Shown: in pieces, positions 41,201 to 64,000 of the stretch
Layout of the letters: every line of letters starts with the position of its first letter
Numbering within the stretch: the first letter of the stretch is position 1
Assembly (NCBI GenBank): GCA_002633005.1
Contig: NMRA01000136.1
Location: 192,859 to 256,858 of the forward strand
DNA: 64,000 bases
Reading direction: 5' to 3'
Origin: Phoronis australis
Lineage: Eukaryota > Animalia > Phoronida
The notes under the pieces: generated by a model
The model's input: only the letters and a program-made list of their open reading frames with translations
The model's database searches: none
Told to the model about the DNA's origin: nothing
Program-made: the position numbers and the translations under genes

Positions 41201-44200
41201 AAGCAACCGGCTGTAAAATATGCACACAACTCAAAACATTAATTCAACCATACAAAGGAATTCTACATAATTTTCACGTTTAAAATTAAAATATAATAGC
41301 AACAAAAATGAGCATAGCTCGATAAAAAAGTGGAAAAAGACTGTAACATATGCACACAACTTAAAACATTAATTCAATCATACAAAAGAATTATACATAA
41401 TTTTCATGTTTAAAAGTAAAATATCTTAGCAACAAAAATGAGAGCATGTCGATAACTAAAAGAGGAAAAAGATTTTACAGCTTTACCCATCTCTGAGGGT
41501 AGGGCAAGGGGAGACAAAAATATTTGAACAATGATGTTATTAATCAAAAAGAGTTCCTATGCAGGCCTACACGTTCATTTTGCGCTGATCCATCAAACTC
41601 CAAGTGTTCGGATCAACAGTATTTCACTTGCCGAGATTCTGCAAATGGCACCTACTTCATGAAATTTCTTGCTGACTTGAGCCATGCGAGGGAGGTCCTC
41701 TAATTCCAGGAATGTGAGTATGTGCACGAGCACATTGTCAGGAAGACGTGGGAGGTAATCAATGTGACCCTCGACCAGCTTGGTGATATATTCTAGAGTA
41801 TGCGGACCAAAGACACGATGGATCTCACCTGAAAAATGGGTCGCAAATGACCAATCATGAATTTACGGTTTTAGTGGAGATTTCAACATAAGCCTGGAGG
41901 AATATACCTTTATTTGGACACGACTTGTGAAAATATCCTCAATTTAAAATATCTTGCAAGCAACCATAGAAATATCTGGTAGCAAATTTTAAAACCCAAC
42001 TGTACAATAATTGAAAGGGCCAGATTATTATGGCTAATCGTCCTCTGATTTACTGGGAACCTTTTTAACCATTTTATTCTGCTTCGTACATAACAATCTT
42101 CTTCGTTACATTTCTGATTTCTGCACTCTTTCACAAAATCAGACAATTCTGAAGCAATCTCATCAATTTTTGGAAGTTATCTATACAGCTTTCTAATTTT
42201 GAACATGTATGCCTATAGTTTTCACTTATAATAAAGAGAAGGCCATTCAAAGAAAGTTCCTGAATATCAATTTTACTGTACTCTGTTAATAAAAAAATAA
42301 AAATAATAGTGTTAGCTAAAAACTTTGATCTAACATAAACAAACAATTTTTATATTTATTAACAGGAAATGTCCATGAATAACAACAGAACTGAATTGAG
42401 AGATGATTACATAACTCACTATGTAGCCTATCATCATGAAAAAAATCTTCGTACGTATTTTTAATCTCTTGAGGAGCTAGGAGATTCTCACGACTTCTGG
42501 GTGTAACTTTCCAGTTGCGGAAAAAAACCTGTTGAAAGTTAGGCATCCGTTGTTTAGAATTCTAGAGTTCACACACATAACAACATTCAACAAAGCACAA
42601 GGCATCTTAAAGTGGCAACATGCAGGAACTGAAAGTCTTAAAGAGGAAATGAATTATCGTGAAATCTCACAAATTTCGGACAAAAATTGCTGAAATACAT
42701 CTCTCTTCATTTTTCAATGACTTCTATCATTGTGCTGTGAATGTCTTCAATCTGTCAGAATCATTTACTTGGTCTTACTTATAGCTTATGACAAGTGAAA
42801 AAATAAATTTCAGGTGTTGGACATATTCTGTCCTAAAGTGGTGAGATTTTACCATTAGTACTTCTAAGAAGCAAAGAAAAGTGAAACACACTTTACACAG
42901 CAAATGCCAGTGACTAGGCATCACATGATCGTTTTGTCGTGGATATGGCCCAAAACAGCGTAATTGGCTCTGATCTGTGACCAATTCATTTTGAAAACTG
43001 TACGTCTCCCACCTGACAGGTGTTGTTATAATAATGTGATCCATCTCCTGCAGGTTGTAGACAAGCCGTTCACTGGTACTATGCTTTCAGAGTTAAAGGT
43101 TCACAACAAAGATAAATGTGCACGAGAAAGTTTGTGTAAAAATGTTCCAGCCGCTGAAAATGGTAAAGAGAAGTTGTATTGAAGGATTGAGGGTTGCAGT
43201 TTGAACAAGGCAAGCTCACAGATAGGGGTACTGAGACATGGAGTTGACCTCTTCCCCTGCATTACATGTCAGGTTTAATCCAAACTGTTAGTTCTGCAAG
43301 GGTGCATTCAGGATATATATAATAATAACACAAATGATTGCTCACGGACGATAAGATTCACCAATTTCAACCTGAACACGATCAGGAGACTTAGATTGAG
43401 AAGCATCATATAACCTAGCAGAGCATAATACAGCGAAGGTGGTGAAAGTGAATTTGACAAGATTATGCCTAAAGCAAGCGTGATAATGTCCCAGTTTTGC
43501 ATTAGAACCGCAAAGTATTGGAATATTCTAATATTTGGAGCAGAACTATATTATAATTCCAATACGGACAAAATTGCGATGTTAGTTTTAGAAAAACAAA
43601 GATTAAGAAAGTGAACTTTCTTCCATGAGCTATGGTTAAACTACAGCTGCTGTGCAGAAACCAGTTGCTAGGCAACAGAAGCCACTCCAGGAATGACATA
43701 CAAGAAAGCTAAGGAGAAAGTAAGGATCAGTTAGAAATATTATCACAGCCGACTCACTGTGAAGTCTGTCATCATCCAGGAAGTCGTCAAACGTATCGAC
43801 CACTTCGGTTGGTGGAACTCTGCTCTCCGCTGCCCGCGGAGTAATCTTCCAACATCTGTAGATGGTCTAGATAGATTGATAGTTTAAAGTTAGTTTAAAA
43901 GTGCTCTTGTGTTCAAGTTCTGCACATGATTTCCACTATGCTGCAACTGAAAATGAATAAGGCAATACCCAGGAAACTGTACAACAGGGAATACTTCAAT
44001 TGTGATGATATTTCAAAGAAGCTATGAACATAGTTCAGTTTGAAAAGTTGCAATTTGTTCAGCAGCATAGGCAGTAGGAACGTGGATACATGCCAAAACA
44101 AGTGCTATAATGGTGATGAAACCCTTTAGTTGACCACTATGTGGTTCTATGCTTAAACTGTTAGAGGACTCAGATCTATAAAGGGGTCTCTTTATGTTTT

Positions 44201-46402
44201 CTCTTCCAGATTATGCGTAACAATTGAGCTTTGTAGTGACTTTGAAATGTCAGCCACTAATGTGGATTCAAACCCACTCTTAAGCACCCGGGGTACTCCA
44301 CTACATAGTTTTGATGGACGGGCTCAGCTGCAAATTAAGTTACCAACCCATTAGCGAGTGAGCCCAAATAAAAGAGACTCAAAAGTAAGGAACTTCCAAG
44401 AAAAGTCAACTTTTGTAATAGAGTAGGGCTTAATTACATGAAAGCTTTCTTGGGGATTCCAAACCCCTGAATGTTTCATGAAGTGGGTCTCAAACAGTGA
44501 AAGCTAGGATATGATGTCAAAAAAAATGAATTCACCCTTTGCAATATAGTTTTAACCCTTCTATAGATTTGTGGAAGAGTGAATCTTATTTCTGTAAAAA
44601 AATTTATCAAGAAAGGCGACACCCTTTTGTAAGGGATTTTCCAGAGAAGACATTTCATAGAGAAACTGGCAGTGAAAGTCTTCTGACTGTCACGTCTATA
44701 CCTTGAGAATCCTAGTTACCAGTCAAGATGATCACATAATAACGCAATTTTGAACTGATAGACCTTCCCGAAAAGTCAGCACACCAATTCAGGACAGACA
44801 ACCACTGGGTGATTGCACCTTGGCCAGTGATTTAGAGAGGCCAGTGATTTTGAGACCTAGCACCTATAGACTTTATAGCATATAACACTCCTTCTCCTTC
44901 TACATAACAGGCCTGGCTTCAGGGCTTGATCTTAATAACTTGGAATAGAACTCGGTGTTTGACATGTGCCAGAGTTGGTTTATGCTATCGAGTATTTAAT
45001 CCCAATTTTGCACTTGATGAGTTCTAGATTACAAACTCTAATAAAAATTAAAAATTTCAAGTAAAATCCTATAGCTGGGGTCATCACCTGCAAGCTAAGA
45101 TTAGCCAAGCATCTGCGTAAGAGTACTCGAGCACAGAAATCAGCTTTTATCGCAGTCAGATTCTCCACATCCAGAATACTGCCAGCCTTAAATATGGAAG
45201 TGGTACATCTTTTCCCCTTCCCAAAAATGTATCTCGAGTATCGTCAGCCTTAGTCAGTAAACCAACCCTTAAAAGACTGAGTATTGGCTACGTCCGCCTC
45301 TGCCGCGAGACTATCAAAGGCAGCTGTTGGCTAGAGCCTGTAGCTGTAGAGGGTTTTAATAGCCGATTTAGCTTAAGACATTCTCATTTCAGATGACTGT
45401 TGTCATAGCTGGTTGTAGCCTGAATACATATACATCTACACACATAGACCTTGTCCTTATTTATTGGCTAGTACGACTTCATCCGGCGTTGGTCGAGTTC
45501 ACTTATTTGTTTTTGCAACGATTGCCTTGGGCAGTTCACAAAATTTGTGCTCGGAATTTTGGATGTCTGTGCCACAGGCGTCCTCAGCTTCTGATCGTCC
45601 CCAATACACTACATATAATACTACAAGGTATGACACTCCCGACTAGAAATTCCACGGGTGCTTCACTTCAGCCGTCCATAGCAAACATAAAACTCAATAA
45701 ATTTACACAAAACAGGGGTTCAACAAACCATGAAGAATTGTTCTTTCTCCCAATACCATTCACGGTGTCCTGTTACGGCGACTTCGTAAGAAATTCGCAG
45801 TCAAAGAACAAAAAATGTTCACAAAAAGCCCCCACACACGTCCTCCCTGGGCCCGTCGAGGTCAAGGAGGGTACTGAAATTGCCGCTTTGTCGCGTAAAG
45901 TCACGATGTCGCTACTTCCGTAACTCACCGGCAATTTCCGTACCGTCCTTGACCTCGACGGGCCCAGGGAGGACGTGTGTGGGGGCCTTTTGTGAACATT
46001 TTTGTTCTTTGACTGCGAATTTCTTACGAAGTCGCCGTAACAGGACACCGTGAATGGTATTGGGAGAAAGAACAATTCTTCATGGTTTGAGTAAATTTAT
46101 TGAGTTTTATGTTTGCTATGGACGGCTGAAGTGAAGCACCCGTGGAATTTCTAGTCGGGAGTGTCATACCTTGTAGTATTATATAATAATATGTACTGTA
46201 GTGTATTGGGGACGATCAGAAGCTGAGGACGCCTGTGGTCTGTGCAGCAAGCACTATCATGAGTTTAAATTATCACCATAAAAAGGATACTTACATTCTT
46301 CTTTTTGCAATTAATTACAATCTGACAAAAATCTTTGCACGGTGAGGGTGCAACGTCGCTAAAATCTAGAATGATTCCATTTTCCGGAATGAAGGACGCC
46401 AT
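38280..46402 (-). CDS. FBXO36: F-box only protein 36
   Basis: Exons 46402-46295 (MASFIPENGIILDFSDVAPSPCKDFCQIVINCKKKN), 43866-43758 or 42528-42420, 41828-41656 (F-box: DYLPRLPDNVLVHILTFLELEDLPRMAQVSKKF), 40764-40630 (LCMGDALW...GWRKLFFTNKLQLQ), 38378-38280 (VQINRQRKRK...TAG). GWRxLFFTNKLQLQ is the FBXO36 signature; phases are consistent. Confidence 0.92.
38541..38972. repeat. 36-bp minisatellite, 12 copies, in the last FBXO36 intron
   Basis: Unit CATAGCTATGAATCCATGCCTGGCACTGTGCTAAAT, near-identical copies. Confidence 0.97.
41218..41470. repeat. Diverged tandem duplication (about 130 bp x2)
   Basis: ATATGCACACAACTYAAAACATTAATTCAA... repeated at about 41218 and 41348. Confidence 0.75.
42420..42528 (-). 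CDS. FBXO36: FBXO36 exon 2b (109 nt), paralogous to 2a
   Basis: tttcaacAG | VFFRNWKVTPRSRENLLAPQEIKNTYEDFFHDDRLH(S) | GTGAGT; same length and phases as 2a, no stops. Confidence 0.85.
43664..43676. promoter_or_regulatory. RFX X-box
   Basis: GTTGCTAGGCAAC, near-palindromic match to the RFX consensus, lying between FBXO36 exons 2a and 2b. Confidence 0.5.
43758..43866 (-). CDS. FBXO36: FBXO36 exon 2a (109 nt)
   Basis: ctatctAG | TIYRCWKITPRAAESRVPPTEVVDTFDDFLDDDRLH(S) | GTGAGT. Confidence 0.85.
45573..46237. mobile_element. 665-bp foldback MITE (hAT- or P-like ends) in FBXO36 intron 1
   Basis: About 310-bp inverted arms beginning CACAGGCGTCCTCAGCTTCTGATCGTCCCC, loop of about 43 bp, exact 8-bp TSD GTCTGTGC (45565-45572, 46238-46245), CA...TG termini. 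Confidence 0.9.
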
Positions 46403-47233
46403 ATTTTAAAAACAACTTGGTCTCCAACACAACCCCGCAAGTACGAGAAGTCTAAGGCATTTGAGTTTGTATGGTCACAGTGAGATTGGGTGGACATTTT
46501 TGATGCCCAATTAATTTAAGGGCCCGTAATAACAGAAAAACGCACTGTAATTTTACTGTTATTCTGTTATTCTGCAAAGAAATCTTTAATTGCGTAGTTT
46601 CTCAATCGACCACTAGGCGACTAGGACAAACAAAGGTACAGCGATATGGCTGACCTTGTTGATGAAGCACACCATTGTTTGTATTCATCCAGAGGTGTGT
46701 CCCCGGCAGCTCGCCTCTACTGGAGAAACACAAAGATACAAAGTACCATCTTATTTGTTCATTGGATAAGAGACCTGTTCAGTTTTCGTTGATCATTGCA
46801 ATAGTGGATTTGGGAGGCCTGGGGGGACCCCCCTTGGCTACGGTCAGACTGTCAAAAAAAAGTAACAGGGAAATAAATTTTTACATTTTTTTTTGTAATA
46901 TTGTGGCCTATCTTGGGCTGTACTTGTGTGGGTGTATGTGTGAGCACGCACCTGCTGGGAAGTATAGTATAGTATTTTTAAGGAAACTTCAATGATAATG
47001 TTGCTTTTAGCAAGACTAGTAAACGTGCTAAGACTATAGTATGCTCAAACTATCTATTTCCGCAAAACACCCAACAGCGGCAGGGGAAAGAAGTTACCAA
47101 AAACTTTACTTATCCAGGCAACTTCAACAATCAAAACCAAAGATGAATCGATTTCTGTCAAAATAATAGGATTGATATGCATTAAAACATCAAACATTTG
47201 TCAGAGGCAGAAAAGAAATGTTAAATAACCTCA

Positions 47234-48072
47234 GGGCTGTTCCAGCAAAATCTGTATGGGAGGGGGGGAAGGCACTTTTATTTCGTACCCACTGCCCATA
47301 TTTTTCATTTATTTCTCCAACCCATGACCCATGATTTTTTATTTATTTTTATATTTTAAAATATAAAATCCAACACTTGCAAATAAATTGTCTCCAGGAG
47401 GACCTGTTAAGAACTTAGATGATTGACAGACAAGAACTAGTTGTCTTGTCCAATATTGTCAAAAACTAAAGTAGCCTTTGAGCAATACTTTTGGCAGCCA
47501 CCAGGTGTCTCTGTTCACCATGTGTCTATAATTTCAATGAACATTTTTTCAATTATAAGGATCTATAAATCTCAAACTGTCTCCACGAACTCTGTTATAC
47601 TTCTACGTCAAGTGAATATTGGAACTTGTTTATCTTACTCCTCATACTTTTGATTTAAAAATCATCAACTTTCTTATATGTGTTAACACCAGTTTAGTGT
47701 TGCATAACTTTTCAATTCAATAGGACTGCAGACAAACAGTTGGCTTAAATCAAGTTGCCCATGACTTGATTAATGGCTTAGTGAACATATTGCACTCAGT
47801 TCACTGGCAATATGGGCTTTTTTGTATTGGGATAAGTTAGGGTATATGCCAATTGCATTTTGTTGAGTTTTGATGGCTGAAGTAACCAACCTGTCAACAT
47901 TGATAGGTCAGAAAATACCACCCATTTTTAATGCTTCACTTCTTATAAGAACGACCACCCATAATTTGAGTGTTTTTCTGAAGACAACCACCCATGAATT
48001 TTTATTTCTACNNNNNNNNNNNNNNNNNNNNNCTCCCCCCCCCCTCCCACACGGATTTTAATGGAACAGCCC
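47234..48072. mobile_element. PIF/Harbinger-like MITE
   Basis: TIR GGGCTGTTCCA / TGGAACAGCCC with subterminal G and C runs; 3-bp TSD TCA (47231-47233, 48073-48075); internal N gap at 48012-48032. Confidence 0.75.
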
Positions 48073-48688
48073 TCAGTGATTTGCTCCATTAGAACAAATA
48101 GTAGTTTCCTTTTGTTTTACCGAGCCACTGGCGTTCATAACGAAATAACTTGATAGTACATGGTACTTATTCAGAGGTCTATCAATGGACAGTGGTGTGC
48201 CAATGGCTATGCCGATCTGAAACCACATTTCCTCCAAAAACTATTTCCCCAGATTGACAATTCAATTACTCATGAAGAGCTGGTACCGCCACACCTGCTA
48301 TGGTTAACAGCCCAATAGACTTGGCTGTATGGGGAACTGTTGCTTTTCACCAAAGCATTATTGTGGATGTCGCGTGTCTCTCTTGACCAGCCATCACACC
48401 ATTTGGGATATATCAATTTGTATTTCATGTTCCTTCTGCAAGATATCCCCAAGTCAAATTTTAGTTCAGTGGTAAAGTTGTTTTAGTATGTGCACTTGGT
48501 TAGTTAAACGGGTCAAATTTCATCATAATTGAATGAAATCTCTTGATACAGCTGGATCCAACTTGCTGGTTTCATTGTTATACATGAGCATGCATACGAA
48601 CATACATGTGCTTTTGATTATATTTACTCTAGTAGCAATGAGTGCCGAATGGCAACAAGAGAAAACTATGAAGTTCAAAAAGCAACTT

Positions 48689-48694
48689 TTTATT
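48689..48694 (-). terminator. Candidate OGT polyadenylation signal
   Basis: AATAAA on - about 540 nt after the OGT stop. Confidence 0.45.
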
Positions 48695-49233
48695 GAACTA
48701 GACACAAGAGTTTGCAGCAAGCAAACGATAACAAGCTTAATGCTGTGTCGTTCAAATAAATCATTTCAACAGGATAAATACACACATGGCATCATTCACA
48801 CATATACCTGAAACTATGGAGACACATATCATTCCATTAATCCACTGACAATTATATTGAACACTACACTAAGCTCTCCACATCTTGTTCAGAATAGAAC
48901 AACCTCAAAACCATTTATACACTGATGTTTAACTTACCACCAAATAGACTTCATAACATTATATTCAAACACTAAGATGAGAACTGCCAAGCCGAGAAAA
49001 CCCAAGAAAACGGACACAGTGCATTAAATGCCTTCGTTAGTCCAAACTAAACCCTAACGATGCCACTCATTAAATACCTTCTGAATACTGTTACCAAGTG
49101 CTTACGCCATCAGTTAGGTGTCGTTAAATATCATACACAGCTCTTTATGTCGCTGTTTACCCAATACTTGACCAGGCAATCCGCTTAATATTCATTTTGT
49201 TAACACTATGTCCCACAACTATTAAACTACAGT

Positions 49234-62588
<13,355 letters not shown>

Positions 62589-64000
62589 CATGCGGCCAGC
62601 TTAATTTCAGGATTCCCACAACCATTCTTTCAACGTGACAGTGAAACATGTGGTCACGACACAATCCACATACCGTAGAGCACGGCGGGTCAGACTGGCT
62701 TGATTTCAAGTTCCAAGCATATAGTCAAGCATTGGTTCGCTGCGTGCGCGGTTTGCCAGTGCTGCCACTTGCGTACAAACACAAGAATCTACACAACTGT
62801 TCAAGAGAATTTTCATGTACATTAAAACCATCATCACTGATAGTTTGAACCAAGTCAGTCCCCTAGTTTTCAGCTTTTAGCAAATACGTTGACTGTTTTC
62901 GTTCCAAATCAATGCACATCACTTGAGCTAGTTACCAGAATGGTCGATTCAACAAAGGCTAACCCACAAACGAAATCCGGGGACTGACTAGACTGTAAAA
63001 ATAAAGTATAGAATGCGTCGCCTGGGCGACTAGTTCAACAAACCACATTTGATATACCATACCGGTGACAGTTAATGAGCGTGTACTCTTCCCAGGTCGG
63101 CCACGGCGTCACGACACTAGAGACCACATGAGATACTATATTACAATGTGAGAGAAATAAAAACAAAAGAATTAGTATATGGGTAGACAAACGATTGAGA
63201 TGTGGTGCAGCTAGCAGTCACTTATCTGCAATGTGTACTCGCATTATGTTACACGCATACAAACTGTAACCTGAGTCCATGATCAGGCGATGGGACCCAA
63301 GTCTATGCAAGTGTGTATGCACTCTTATGTCTCCACCAATTTACAGATGGCGCTAACACAGCGTTAGGCAAACATGTGAACCATTGTCCAGCTGGCTGAT
63401 TATGTAGTCACTTTAAGCAACACTCTACACAACATTTTCGCTTAAAGAGTTTCAAGAATTCTATTGTGTTCTTACTGAAATCTGAAACACGAACTTTAGA
63501 AATACAACCTTTCGTAAACATTTAATAAAGTTAAAAGAAAAACAAAAATCTGGAAAAATAATTAACTTATAATGCAAAGACGGTGGTGAAGCTTGGAAAC
63601 GAGAATGGCGACTTTGTTCTCAAAATGTCCACCATTTCACTGTTACTAAGGCTACAAAAAAATTATTATGAAACAACCATTGGAGGGTTTCTTTCAGGAG
63701 GTAGCTGACATGACTTTTGGCTTCACTTTGACTATAAATCAAGTGCACCACAACTTGGTTCCCATTTCCTCATAGTAACTTGTTCAGAAAAATGAGGAAT
63801 GAATTGACAAAACTATGCCAAGGCAGTCAAAAGCTATCTCCCTGAACTGGTCACGTAAGGGCGAGGGCTCGGCGCGAGTGGGGACGCAGCAAAGGCGCGG
63901 CATGCGCGATTGGCCCAGTGTTGCCACCAATAGAGTCATCGCTGTCCCAGAAGGCCCGGTGAGGACATCCAATTTGACTACCGAGGGACGTGGGCGTCAA

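Noticed and set aside
43308-43502. ORF with GIIL...PPSLYYALL resembling FBXO36 exon 1
   Set aside because: Similarity is short and no phase-0 donor at the expected position links it to exon 2b; probably chance
45393-46075. Mirror-image ORFs of 176 aa (+) and 100 aa (-)
   Set aside because: Generated by the foldback MITE arms; no recognisable domain

Overview
AT-rich animal genomic DNA (invertebrate-like, small GT-AG introns, several N gaps) with three intron-containing genes. (1) A TTC6-like TPR protein gene on + (35 phase-consistent exons, 2712-32738; 5' end upstream of the window or not identified). (2) FBXO36 on - (46402 to 38280 or 36568). (3) O-GlcNAc transferase (OGT) on - (62381-49234; 5' exons beyond the window). 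The best signals are RNA-level. OGT has two diverged 101-nt copies of one TPR exon, and FBXO36 has two diverged 109-nt copies of exon 2 plus two homologous terminal exons; in both genes reading-frame arithmetic implies mutually exclusive splicing. OGT introns host two SNORD45-like C/D snoRNAs, and the equivalent of the regulated vertebrate OGT intron 4 has an invariant GC-rich 3' end. Introns also carry a Tc/pogo-like element with a decayed HIRAN domain, a Penelope-like fragment with a minimal hammerhead motif, an ISL2EU-like element, a 665-bp foldback MITE, a Harbinger-like MITE, tRNA-derived SINEs and minisatellites. Two tandem duplications in OGT that each flank a single N are judged assembly (haplotype) artefacts. 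All calls were made by eye; no database searches were run.
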